A DNA stretch of 64,000 nucleotides from Candidatus Latescibacterota bacterium (GCA_965204745.1 OZ242010.1:3808001-3872000), one strand, 5' to 3'; numbered from the stretch's first letter, positions 49,595 to 58,958 are shown. The notes: generated by a model not told the origin, from the letters alone. Translations and numbers: made by a program.

Positions 49595-50545
49595 TTAAGG
49601 CGCGAGGGCCACAGCGCGGACTTCGCCGAACTCGCGGGTGAGTTTCGTCCACGAATCGCCGCTGTCCGTGCTTTTGAAGAGTTGCCCGGCAATGCTGTAA
49701 GCCATCATCCAGTTGGGGATGGCGGGATTGTAGATGACGGCCCAAACCGTGCTGTTGGTGTTGCCGCCCAGGTCCGCACGTTTCCATGAACGCCCCAAGT
49801 CCTCGGTGTAGAACAACCCGCCCTGGTCGCCCGGAGGCCCGTTGCCCGCGCCGACATACACGCGGCCCTTGGATGTGTACAGGACGCCCCGGCAATAGGG
49901 CCACGGAAAATGGTCTTTCACATTCAGGCGCGTCCAGTGGGTCATGTCCGTGCTGAGGCACACGTCGTTGTTGGTGCCGGCCACCAGTGTTTTTGGGGTT
50001 CCGGGCACGACGGCGAGGCCGTGAATGTCGAGGCTCGAGAGGCCCTCGTTGCCCGCTGTCCATGTTTGCCCGCCGTCTGTGCTGCGGCGCATGCCGTCGA
50101 TTTCAATGCCGGCATAGACGGTTTGATCGTCTTGCGGGTCGATGATGATGGTCGTCACGCGCGGGATGATGGGGCCGCAGTCTTCCACGAGTTCCACGCA
50201 AAGTCGTTGCCACGTCTCGCCGCTATCGTCCGACCGAAACAGCGCGGAAGGGCAAGTGCCGGCAAAAATTGTGTCGGGATGGTTGGGGTGAATGGCGAGG
50301 GACCAGATTTGCAGGTCGTTCATCGGCGAATCCAGTTTTGCCCAGTTGTCGCCGCAATTTTGCGACCGGTAAACGCCGGTCTCTGTGCCCGCGAAGAGAA
50401 TGGACGCATCTTCCGGATGCACGGCAATGGCACGAATGTCCGATTCCGAAAACATGCCGTTGCTGGTGCGCCGCCACGAGTCCCCGCCATCTCCGCTTCG
50501 CCAGATGCCTTGCCCGATAGTGCCGACATAAAGCGTTGGTTTCAT
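49595..50545 (-). CDS. BNR/Asp-box beta-propeller protein
   Basis: Repeated RS.DGG.(S/T)W Asp boxes. Confidence 0.85.
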   Translation of the reverse strand: MKPTLYVGTIGQGIWRSGDGGDSWRRTSNGMFSESDIRAIAVHPEDASILFAGTETGVYRSQNCGDNWAKLDSPMNDLQIWSLAIHPNHPDTIFAGTCPSALFRSDDSGETWQRLCVELVEDCGPIIPRVTTIIIDPQDDQTVYAGIEIDGMRRSTDGGQTWTAGNEGLSSLDIHGLAVVPGTPKTLVAGTNNDVCLSTDMTHWTRLNVKDHFPWPYCRGVLYTSKGRVYVGAGNGPPGDQGGLFYTEDLGRSWKRADLGGNTNSTVWAVIYNPAIPNWMMAYSIAGQLFKSTDSGDSWTKLTREFGEVRAVALAP

Positions 50546-50715
50546 CGTTTCCTCCTCGTTAAAAATTTGGGTACTTGGGGATAAGATACGGCTTCAAATC
50601 AAAAACACAAGTGCCTACGCAATGGCGAGGCAAAAGGCAAAAAATGGTTGTGCAAATGCCTGTAACTCATTAGATTCCGCGCTTCAACTCTCAACCCCCG
50701 AAGGAGGTGAATCCC

Positions 50716-50973
50716 TTGCCCAAACTGGCATCGTCAAAAAAACGCCTGCGCCAGGCCCAAAAAGCCAGGCTTCGCAATAAAAGTGCGCGCTCGCTGTTGC
50801 GGTCTTCCCTGAAAAAGATGTTGGCGACAACGAGCAGAGCGGAAGCCGAAGCCCTGATCAACCGCACGCAGTCCATCATCGATAAAACCGCCCAAAAAGG
50901 CGTTATCCACCTCAATGCAGCGGCCCGATACAAAGCGAGAATCATGACGCACGTCGCCGCACTCGAGTCATAG
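50716..50973 (+). CDS. rpsT: 30S ribosomal protein S20
   Basis: SSKKRLRQ..K.RLRN...RS.LR, IDK.A.KGVIH.N.AAR.K; AGGAGG + TTG start. Confidence 0.93.
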   Translation: MPKLASSKKRLRQAQKARLRNKSARSLLRSSLKKMLATTSRAEAEALINRTQSIIDKTAQKGVIHLNAAARYKARIMTHVAALES

Positions 50974-50993
50974 CCACATCACAGCCATAAAAC

Positions 50994-51033
50994 AAAAAGC
51001 CCGGCAATCTCAAAGAGATGCCGGGTTTTTTTT
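50994..51033 (+). terminator. Bidirectional intrinsic terminator after rpsT
   Basis: AAAAAGCCCGGCA-ATCTC-aaa-GAGAT-GCCGGGTTTTTTTT. Confidence 0.85.
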
Positions 51034-51042
51034 GTTACTGGC

Positions 51043-51234
51043 CTACGGGTCTAACTTGGACTTGTCTATACCTTGAGGCGCGTCCTGCTTTGGCGGCTTT
51101 GTGGCCGGCGTCTGGATTCTTAGAGAGGAAGACCAAAACGTTCCGCCGCGGTTGAGTTGCACCACCGGCGTACAACCCACCAAGTCCAGAACCGTATGTC
51201 CAACTTTCGCAGCATGTATAAGGGCGTGGCTCAT
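51043..51234 (-). pseudogene. 5' remnant of a second cysteine-synthase-like gene
   Basis: VLDLVGCTPVVQLNR matches the CysK/CysM N-terminus, then similarity is lost; ATGA-coupled to the Ubl gene. Confidence 0.6.
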
Positions 51235-51506
51235 CCGCCGGCAATGGCGGGAACGATAGTCACTTGGTCGCCATCTTTGACGTCCGTTTCGCTTCCGTCC
51301 AAGAAGCGAATGTCCTCTTCATTGACATACACATTGACGAATCGGCGGATCGCGCCCGATTCATCGACCATGCGTTCTTTGATGCCCGAATGCCGTGCTT
51401 CGAGGTTGTCGATGACTTCCCTGACGGTCGCGCCCCGCACTTCCACGTCGGCCCGATCGCCCGTGAATTTACGCAGGGGCGTTGGAATGCGAACTGTTAC
51501 AGCCAT
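51231..51506 (-). CDS. MoaD/ThiS/CysO ubiquitin-like sulfur carrier
   Basis: V.IPT.LR, RRFVNVYVNEEDIRF, C-terminal PAIAGG. Confidence 0.92.
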   Translation of the reverse strand: MAVTVRIPTPLRKFTGDRADVEVRGATVREVIDNLEARHSGIKERMVDESGAIRRFVNVYVNEEDIRFLDGSETDVKDGDQVTIVPAIAGG

Positions 51507-51626
51507 GGTTATCTCCTTGGTTAAATGCGGTGAGAGGTGAGAAGGAAGAAGTGAGAGGGCCGCCCAGCCCCGCTACACACTGCGCGCATTTGAACGGGCA
51601 GTCGCTCAGTTGTACTCCGCTCGGGG

Positions 51627-52043
51627 CTAGGTTGTGTTGACATTTACGAGCCCTGCAATGACTTGAGCGGTTTATCGAGAAAATCAAGCCCTGACGTTTC
51701 GCAGTTCAAAGAAGGCATCACAATAAGTGCTCTCGCAAAAGACCCTCCGATCAAGCCATCACGCACAGCGCGCAAGGCCGTCTCGCAACCAACATCCCTC
51801 TTGCAACCCACTTTGCAGGCCAACGCATGTCGTGCGATTACAAAAGCGATTTGCGCTGTGCAAGCCCCTCGGCGTTTGAGAGCGGCATTTTTTGCCTACT
51901 TTTTTTTGCTGTTGAAAAAAAGTAGGTCGCCGAAGGCATCGGAGGCAACCAACGAGGCTTTAGGACCAAACGCCTTAAATGAGCAAGCAACACATTTGCT
52001 AATCTGTGCGTAACAGAAAAAAATAAAATGTCAACACGACCTA
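51627..52043. mobile_element. MITE copy 2
   Basis: CTAGGTTGTGTTGACATTT ... AAATGTCAACACGACCTA; internal sequence near-identical to 20170-20685 but ~100 bp shorter. Confidence 0.8.
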
Positions 52044-52059
52044 AACTTCCATCTTACTT

Positions 52060-52539
52060 CTACCCTCTTACTTCCTCGAATTGCGATGATGAATCGCACC
52101 ATTGAAATACTTTTTTGTTGTGTTCATCTACCCGCGCGTGTTGGACCGCGATGACGGGATAGACCACGCCGGGGTAGGTGGGTTCGCCGAAGAAGGTTGC
52201 GGCGTTGTGGTCTTCTTCAGAGAAGTACGCGGGGACGTCGATGTGCGAATGGTAAATCGCGATCATCCGCCCGCCCGCTTTTTCGGCTTCGGATTGAATC
52301 CGCATCACTTGCATGTCGTCCATGCGATAAGCCATCTTTGAGGTGCGCGGATGGGTTTCGGGATCGGCGGCGTGCAATTTGTCTTGGATATTTTCGCAGG
52401 GATGCACCACCTGCACTCCCGAAGCGTCTTCGGTGACGATGCCGCAGCACTCGGCCGGGTACTCGCGTTTTGCGTGGGCAACCATGGCGTCCCAAACGGG
52501 TTTGTCAAACACGATCACCTCGCGGAGTTGAGCCGCCAC
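52060..52539 (-). CDS. JAB/Mov34 (M67, Mec-like) metallopeptidase
   Basis: P.ECCG and YHSH.....FS.ED JAMM motif. Confidence 0.9.
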   Translation of the reverse strand: MAAQLREVIVFDKPVWDAMVAHAKREYPAECCGIVTEDASGVQVVHPCENIQDKLHAADPETHPRTSKMAYRMDDMQVMRIQSEAEKAGGRMIAIYHSHIDVPAYFSEEDHNAATFFGEPTYPGVVYPVIAVQHARVDEHNKKVFQWCDSSSQFEEVRG

Positions 52540-53441
52540 AAGGGCGTGCTCATGTACTTTTCCCCACTGTCGGGAAACAGGGTGACGATGACCCCATGAT
52601 CCAGGGTTTCGGCGACTTTCAGGGCCGCGGCCATCGCAGCACCGCAGGACTGCCCCACGAGCAGGCCCATGTCTCGGGTCAACCAGCGCGCTATGTGATA
52701 GGCGTCTTCGGTTTCGATCCGCATTTTTTTATCCCACACAGCGGGGTCGTAAATGCCGGGCACAATGGACACATCCATGTTTTTGAGGCCCTCGATGCCG
52801 TGAAATTCGGGCGGTTCAACGGCGATGATTTGCACATTGGGATTGCGTTCTTTCAGGCCCTGCGCCGTGCCCATCAACGTGCCACTCGTGCCCAAGGTTG
52901 CCACAAAGTGCGTGATTCTGCCCCGGGTTTGCGCCCAGATTTCTGGGGCCGTGTGCAAGTAGTGCGCTTTGGGATTGGAGGGGTTGTTGTACTGATCGGG
53001 TTTGTAATACCGATCCGGTGCGGCCGCGAGGATGTCTCGGCATTTCAAGATCGCGCCGTCTGACCCCTCGAGCGGGTCGCTCAAGACCAATTCCGAGCCG
53101 TAATGCTGAATGACGTAGCGCCGCTCAATGCTCACGCTTTCGGGCATGACCAGTTCGACCCGGTACCCCTTTGCCGCGCCGATCATGGCATAGGCAATGC
53201 CGGTGTTGCCCGAGGTCGAATCCAAAATCACTTTGTCGGATGTGAGTTCGCCCGCTTGTTCCGCATCCTCGATCATCTGCAACGCAGGGCGATCCTTGAC
53301 CGATCCGCCCGGGTTAAACATTTCGAGCTTGGCCCAGATTTCAACACGCGGATCGATCTTTTTGCCCAACCCGCGAATGTGCAACAACGGCGTTTTGCCG
53401 ATGGCATCGAGAATGGAATGGCGAATGCCCTTGCGCTTCAT
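52515..53441 (-). CDS. cysM: PLP-dependent cysteine synthase (CysM-like)
   Basis: KLEMFNPGGSVKDR, TSGNTG, QYNN, GTSGT, DSGEKY. Confidence 0.85.
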   Translation of the reverse strand: MKRKGIRHSILDAIGKTPLLHIRGLGKKIDPRVEIWAKLEMFNPGGSVKDRPALQMIEDAEQAGELTSDKVILDSTSGNTGIAYAMIGAAKGYRVELVMPESVSIERRYVIQHYGSELVLSDPLEGSDGAILKCRDILAAAPDRYYKPDQYNNPSNPKAHYLHTAPEIWAQTRGRITHFVATLGTSGTLMGTAQGLKERNPNVQIIAVEPPEFHGIEGLKNMDVSIVPGIYDPAVWDKKMRIETEDAYHIARWLTRDMGLLVGQSCGAAMAAALKVAETLDHGVIVTLFPDSGEKYMSTPLWRLNSAR

Positions 53442-53464
53442 AAATGGCCTGCCCGATCTCGAGG

Positions 53465-53851
53465 TTAATACAGCTTTGCCAAAAATTCGGTGAAACTGCC
53501 CGATAGGTCGGATATCTCATCGCTTTCGTGATTCCAAAAAACCACCGAATCAATTCGCCCGTCTGCAATTTTGAAAGCGATGAAATTTCCGAATGGGTCT
53601 GTTGCAATGGGGATTAGGTTATCGGGAGGGATCGCTTGGGCAATGGCGATGGTGTCTTCGAGATCGACCATGTAATCGAGGACGCATTCCCTTTCGCGTT
53701 CCGCGTCAAATCGTTCCAAGGTGGGTTTTCCTCGGTTGCATGTCTCGAGCGATGCCTTGTAGTCATCCGGCAGGCTGAGGTCAAAGTGTGCCTCAATTTT
53801 TGCCACTTGGTCTTTGTCCAATGGCGAGACGTATTTCCATTCTAAGGTCAT
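53465..53851 (-). CDS. SMI1/KNR4 (SUKH) immunity protein
   Basis: IE..F...LP.DYK......N.G, IPIA.DPFGN, VVFWNHE, SFTEFL..L. Confidence 0.9.
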   Translation of the reverse strand: MTLEWKYVSPLDKDQVAKIEAHFDLSLPDDYKASLETCNRGKPTLERFDAERERECVLDYMVDLEDTIAIAQAIPPDNLIPIATDPFGNFIAFKIADGRIDSVVFWNHESDEISDLSGSFTEFLAKLY

Positions 53852-53867
53852 CACATGCTCTCCTGTT

Positions 53868-54353
53868 TTATCGTGCTTCGCTTCCACCGCCCCATAAGCT
53901 CCAGCCGCCTACATGCGGAGTTCTGCGGTGGACTTCAGAATCTACCAACTGCATGCGCCCCGGTTCTTCGTGGTGATGCCAAGTATATCCTTCGGGCTTA
54001 TCGCCATTGCGGATTTGTTCTAGTTGCCTGTCGGTGAATTGCTCGGTGTCGAGCGTGCCGTTCTCGTAAGCCTGATGCAACTGCTCGTTGCAATACTTGT
54101 CATGCAGATAACGAGAATCCTCGAGTTGATCCTCGGGGAGTTGGGTTTCATAGCGGCAATGTTCAGAGAAATCGTGTATCAACCCCTGTTCTTTCAAATC
54201 CGCGAGGCGAATCTCATACAAAATTTCAGCGCGGAAAGACTCATCTTGGAGCATCACATCAACTCGCTCACCGATGACTTCTTGCGGAATCTCTTTCTCG
54301 ATTGCCGAAGGGGTTTCGCTCAACTCGGTTGCCGTAGTCTCAATAACCATCAC
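53868..54353 (-). CDS. WHH/HNH (colicin-DNase-like) nuclease toxin
   Basis: P.GYTWHH....G.MQLV...VH....H.GG...WGG. Confidence 0.9.
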   Translation of the reverse strand: MMVIETTATELSETPSAIEKEIPQEVIGERVDVMLQDESFRAEILYEIRLADLKEQGLIHDFSEHCRYETQLPEDQLEDSRYLHDKYCNEQLHQAYENGTLDTEQFTDRQLEQIRNGDKPEGYTWHHHEEPGRMQLVDSEVHRRTPHVGGWSLWGGGSEAR

Positions 54354-57300
54354 ATCACTCGCTTTCTAATGGCGTTGCGTATCTCTTGCACGATTCGCTT
54401 TCTAATGGCGTTGCGTATCTCTTGCACGATCTCGCGGTCGTCAACGAGTAGCTTTTTGTCAACGATTTTATCAAGTGCTTCGGGTAGTTTAATGTCTGTT
54501 TTCTTTGATTTCTTCGTTCCACGTTCATAAATAGCCAGATTTGCTACGCTCTCCATGATTCTATCCCGACTGCTCTCACCCAGCCATTTGTCAAAGGCCG
54601 CCATGAACCGCACGCGATTAAAACGCAGGCGATCATCCCAAAGGCGATTAACAGCCTCTAAAACATCACCATCAATGACTCTTTCCTTCGCAAGCCCCAA
54701 AGTCAAAAAAAATAACACGCGGCAAAACCATTCGCGCAAGGCACGTTCTATGGTTTCATCAGTGACGTACATCAGTTGCTCTGCTTTTCTGGCCGTTTTT
54801 ATGGCTTCGGGCAAGAGATCGTCGAGTTCAGAATTTGAGAGAAATAACGAACGAAGCAATTTTATGGCTTCGGGCAAGAGATCGTCGAGTTCAGCGTTTG
54901 AAAGAAAAAGCGAATGGAGCAATCGCAGTGCGATGGCACGCAGGTCTCGGCTGTCCAGCAAGCCGCTCTCGTGTAATGCGAGTTCCGGCTCCTGGCCCTC
55001 GACTTTGATCCTTATATCTCCAATCGCCTCATTCGGCAGTTCATTAAAAACGGAAATTTCAACCGGCTTTGACATTCCCTCTTTGTGCGCGAGTGCCGTG
55101 CCCGCAGAAAGTTGGTTGAGGTACCGGCATTCCTGTTCCTCCAATCCCAAGCCCGTGCCGACGGCGATTTGGTCATCGATTGAAACGAGCCTGTGGATGA
55201 TCTTGGTGTTGGTGTTCTTGATGACATCCGGGGCGATTTTGGTCGGGATTTGCTCGGCGACAATCACGCCTTGGCCGTAGGAGCGCATCTCGGCAATGAG
55301 GTTGCAAAAAGACTCGACGGCTTTGCCTTTGGGATTGCCGATCATTTCACTGGTGCGCTCGGTTTGCACGTTTTTGAGCAACCTGTGCGCTTCTTCAATA
55401 ACCAAGACGTGGTGGAGATCATCCGTGTGTGTCAGAGTGCTTTCGCGGGCCGAACATTGCCGGTATTCGCTTACCAACGCGAGCATCAAACCGACGAAGA
55501 AGGCTTTGTCGTCGTCATCGGAAAGGGATTCGAGTTCAAACACAACGCGACCTTTTAGCAAATCCTCTATGTTTCTAAAATCGTGCGTGTTAAAGAGAAA
55601 GCCCTTCGCGCCAACGGCTAAGGATTCGAGACGGGCGACAATCGCGCTGCGGATATTGTCCTGCAATTCGCCTTTGTATTCCAATTCCTCTTTTACATAC
55701 CGGTTCACATCGTCGATCAAGTCTCTGATCGTGGGATAGATAAAGCGGTGAGTTTGGCAATCCGCGAACGTTTTTATTTTCACCCGCTGATGGTTGCCCG
55801 TGGTCAAGTTCCATCCGCGATCCTTGTAGATGTTGTAAATACATTTTTCGAGGATGTAGGGCATCGGCCCGTAGAGGGAGAAACTCGCGTAAAAGATGGA
55901 TTTGAGGTTGTCGATATGGGTGATGAGCGACACCCCGGGAAGCACCATAAACGGGTTGTGGCGTATTGGCGAAACACCCGAATCGCCAACCGTATAGACG
56001 CGCAAGTTGCCGTCGTATTTCGCATCGGTCAATAATCTGCGGTATTCCCTCTTGGCGGATTCGATGACGAGGAAGGGCGTGTCAATGCTGTGCAAGATGT
56101 GCTTGACTGTGGTCGTCTTGCCCGATCCGGTGAGGCCAGAGACAAAGATGTGTTTGCGGATGTCGTCTTTTGAGATGGTAAAGTCAGAGCCTTTTACAAC
56201 TCGTCCGTGTTCGGAAATGCGACCGATTGAATAACCTGCGCGGTCTCGGGTATCCGTCAGGCTCAAGGCGGGTTTGACGCGAATATCATAGCCGGGAACA
56301 GAAGAAAGCGGCGGGGCCATGAGCAAGGCGGCTTCGTCGCTCGACAAGAACGACAGCAATTTGTTGCCCGTGATGAGGGATCCCCCATCTCGCTCTTTGG
56401 GAACGAAGATCGGTATGTCGGCGGATAACGCACCGCTGACGTTTCGGATCGGCAGGGCGTCGGGATCGGCCTTGATGAGTTCGCCTGCCAAGGTGCCGGA
56501 TAAAATTTGCGAGGCCGTACGCGATCCTGTCGCGTATGTGATAAAACTTTCCCAAAGCCCGGTGTTCAAGCCATTACGCAATCGGGTGATCAGCTTATCG
56601 GCGATACTTTCCAACTCCCTCGCAAGCGTGTTCTGCTGTTCGTAGGAAAGACTGCGCCCGACGTTTTCCGACCAGCCTACGGAATCGGTTTCCGAACGGC
56701 TTGAGAATTTTGTTTTATTGTAAGAGTACCCCACAGAAGGCAGAAGCATCAGCCCCATCAGCCCCATCAGCCCCGTCATACCCACATTGAATCCATGAGA
56801 ACGCGATTCCCCTTCTGTCTCTTGAACCGCATGGCTTTGGTTTATGCCTGCACTCTCTTCCAGCCCGATTTGCCGATTTGCCAGCGCGTGGCACTGATCT
56901 TTTCGGTTCATCAGTTCGTGAAGTTGCTGTGCCGTCTCGTATTTCGCAACAGGACGTGAGACTATCGCCAAGAGAAATTCCTGCCCATTCATGCTTCTTA
57001 TGACCGAAGACAGATCGAAGGTCTGTTTTTTCTTATCTATTTTCTGTGTCGGAATACCTGTGAGGACGCCGCCATGCTTTTGTTCCTTTAGCCTGTTGAC
57101 GATTCTTTCTCTATCGGATTCGATGCCTTTCCCGGGATAAACCCCCTGCAATTGTTCCCTGAACACATCCTTCACATCTTCCTCACCTCTGACTCCAAGA
57201 AAAATGTCAACCGTGCCGCCGCCATCTCCTGAAATGATCGTCGTAAGCGTATAGCCTGCTTGGGCGGCGGCGACAATCGCGGCTTGCTGTCTTTTGTAGA

Positions 57301-57553
57301 TCAGATCAGCCACATCTTGAGCATCGGCGGACACAGAAATCTCCCCAACTCGAAACAAATAGAGCGAATCGAGAAATCGCTCAATGTCGCCGCGACCTCG
57401 CATGACGTTTTCGCGCAGGGTATCGGTGTCCGTTGACGCAATGGTCCAAGGGAGAAGGTCCGAGAAAATTGCGTTGAGTTCCCGCGCCCCATCTTCCTGA
57501 TCAGGCACTTTCTGTTTTTCAAGAGCCTTTGTCATAAATGCCTCTCTTGTCAT
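54350..57553 (-). CDS. HerA/FtsK/VirB4-like (DUF87) ATPase with large N-terminal domain
   Basis: HIFVSGLTGSGKT Walker A, VLVIEEAH Walker B, EMRSYG arginine finger, AEQIP sensor. Confidence 0.9.
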   Translation of the reverse strand: MTREAFMTKALEKQKVPDQEDGARELNAIFSDLLPWTIASTDTDTLRENVMRGRGDIERFLDSLYLFRVGEISVSADAQDVADLIYKRQQAAIVAAAQAGYTLTTIISGDGGGTVDIFLGVRGEEDVKDVFREQLQGVYPGKGIESDRERIVNRLKEQKHGGVLTGIPTQKIDKKKQTFDLSSVIRSMNGQEFLLAIVSRPVAKYETAQQLHELMNRKDQCHALANRQIGLEESAGINQSHAVQETEGESRSHGFNVGMTGLMGLMGLMLLPSVGYSYNKTKFSSRSETDSVGWSENVGRSLSYEQQNTLARELESIADKLITRLRNGLNTGLWESFITYATGSRTASQILSGTLAGELIKADPDALPIRNVSGALSADIPIFVPKERDGGSLITGNKLLSFLSSDEAALLMAPPLSSVPGYDIRVKPALSLTDTRDRAGYSIGRISEHGRVVKGSDFTISKDDIRKHIFVSGLTGSGKTTTVKHILHSIDTPFLVIESAKREYRRLLTDAKYDGNLRVYTVGDSGVSPIRHNPFMVLPGVSLITHIDNLKSIFYASFSLYGPMPYILEKCIYNIYKDRGWNLTTGNHQRVKIKTFADCQTHRFIYPTIRDLIDDVNRYVKEELEYKGELQDNIRSAIVARLESLAVGAKGFLFNTHDFRNIEDLLKGRVVFELESLSDDDDKAFFVGLMLALVSEYRQCSARESTLTHTDDLHHVLVIEEAHRLLKNVQTERTSEMIGNPKGKAVESFCNLIAEMRSYGQGVIVAEQIPTKIAPDVIKNTNTKIIHRLVSIDDQIAVGTGLGLEEQECRYLNQLSAGTALAHKEGMSKPVEISVFNELPNEAIGDIRIKVEGQEPELALHESGLLDSRDLRAIALRLLHSLFLSNAELDDLLPEAIKLLRSLFLSNSELDDLLPEAIKTARKAEQLMYVTDETIERALREWFCRVLFFLTLGLAKERVIDGDVLEAVNRLWDDRLRFNRVRFMAAFDKWLGESSRDRIMESVANLAIYERGTKKSKKTDIKLPEALDKIVDKKLLVDDREIVQEIRNAIRKRIVQEIRNAIRKRVM

Positions 57554-57573
57554 TCATCGAGAAACCGCCATCA

Positions 57574-57813
57574 CTACTCGGCATCCAACACGCGCTGAAA
57601 TGCCGCCAGATCGGTCACTTGCGCCGCCGAGCGAAGCAACTGCTTGAGGCGTTGCAAATCGTCAATGGCCCTGATACCGGCGGCGAATTGGTTAGCCGCG
57701 TTAGGGTCAAAGCGAACCTCCAACACGTCGAGGATATATTCAACTGCACGCTCTCTACCCGCTCTTTGCATGAGATATTGTGCAAACGATGATTCACGCA
57801 TAATCGCGTCCAT
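57574..57813 (-). CDS. Stand-alone copy of the Rpn C-terminal domain (RpnS-like)
   Basis: AGGAGG RBS + MDAIMRESSFAQY...FQRVLDAE, paralogous to the last 75 aa of the upstream gene. Confidence 0.75.
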   Translation of the reverse strand: MDAIMRESSFAQYLMQRAGRERAVEYILDVLEVRFDPNAANQFAAGIRAIDDLQRLKQLLRSAAQVTDLAAFQRVLDAE

Positions 57814-57827
57814 AAGACCCTCCTGCA

Positions 57828-58694
57828 CTACTCGGCATCCAACACGCGCTGAAATTCATCTAGACCATCAACTTGCACTGCCGCATGAAGCAACTGCTTA
57901 AGCCGTTGTGTATCGTTGATGGTCGCAATGCGACCTGTGAACTGGCCGGCCGCGGCCGGACCAAAGCGAATCTCCAACACTTCTTGGATGCTCTCTTGCA
58001 TGCCCACTTGTTTAATGTATTGTGCAAACGACGATTCGCGCATAATCGCGTCCATAAGACCCTCCTGAGAAATGATGCTCGTAATAGTGCTTGGCTCGTA
58101 CACCAACCCACTCAATACCGCCAACCCACCCAAAAAATTAGCCTTGGTTGAATGATCCAACGACACCTCATCGGTTTTGAGGATACACTGACGCAACCAT
58201 TCCTGTGAAGCCATCCCCACAGGCGGTTTCATCAATGGCGCGAACGGTAGCAAACCTCGATGACCGCCCTCGATAATGCTTTGCCCGTCTATCTCGCTCA
58301 GCCGAATCACCTTGTAGCGCACCACCACTTGGAAGTCGGGATGCTCTTGGATGTAAAGCCCTGGATCGTGCCGCCCTGCATCGGGCCGCAAGTAGATTAC
58401 GCTGGAATAGACAGGTAGGCCATACTTCTCAATAGCGCGGCCGACATAGCTGGGTATGCGGTGCTGCATCGGGATGCCCGTGCTGTCCGTGGTTTGAAAT
58501 TCCGTGTGAACCACGACATCTTTGCCATCGATCCGCACGAGAATCAGGCTATCGGTTTGGCGCGTTTCAACCGTGGGTTGTTCCGTGTCGAGGATTGCTC
58601 GGAACTCAACGTCGGTTCGTTCAAGTGCGAATTGGACGAAGTCGTCGGGGTAAGTTTGAATCAGTCGTTTGGAAATCGTATCGTATTCGGCCAT
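57828..58694 (-). CDS. Rpn/YhgA-like PD-(D/E)XK nuclease
   Basis: YD..SK.L, R.TDSL......VHTEFQT, M..R...Y, V.S.VIYL, Y.VIRL, LLPFAPL. Confidence 0.85.
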   Translation of the reverse strand: MAEYDTISKRLIQTYPDDFVQFALERTDVEFRAILDTEQPTVETRQTDSLILVRIDGKDVVVHTEFQTTDSTGIPMQHRIPSYVGRAIEKYGLPVYSSVIYLRPDAGRHDPGLYIQEHPDFQVVVRYKVIRLSEIDGQSIIEGGHRGLLPFAPLMKPPVGMASQEWLRQCILKTDEVSLDHSTKANFLGGLAVLSGLVYEPSTITSIISQEGLMDAIMRESSFAQYIKQVGMQESIQEVLEIRFGPAAAGQFTGRIATINDTQRLKQLLHAAVQVDGLDEFQRVLDAE

Positions 58695-58758
58695 GTGGAT
58701 ACCTTCGGCTCAAAAAATAAAATCATCCCTGCTTACATCCGCAGGGCCATTGTATTCC

Positions 58759-58950
58759 CTATTCACTAAAAAGGTGCAGGCGCGCTCCACCGAGCGGTGG
58801 GGTGATATTGTATTTGGGTTTCGTATCGACCCCCAAGCGGTGCAATTCCAACTCCAACTTCTCGTGCCGCGCCACCAAATCTGGATCAACCATCGGGTTG
58901 CGCCTAAGAATTTCAGCCTTTTCCATCGGCTTGGGCATTTGATTGGTCAT
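58759..58950 (-). CDS. 63-aa hypothetical protein
   Basis: GAGGA RBS, 8 nt after the preceding stop. Confidence 0.65.
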   Translation of the reverse strand: MTNQMPKPMEKAEILRRNPMVDPDLVARHEKLELELHRLGVDTKPKYNITPPLGGARLHLFSE

Positions 58951-58958
58951 GGTATTCC

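Noticed and set aside
51231-52539. Ubl + JAB as a Bil/CBASS-type ubiquitin-like defence system
   Set aside because: No E1/E2 or cyclase adjacent; linkage to cysteine synthase explains them.
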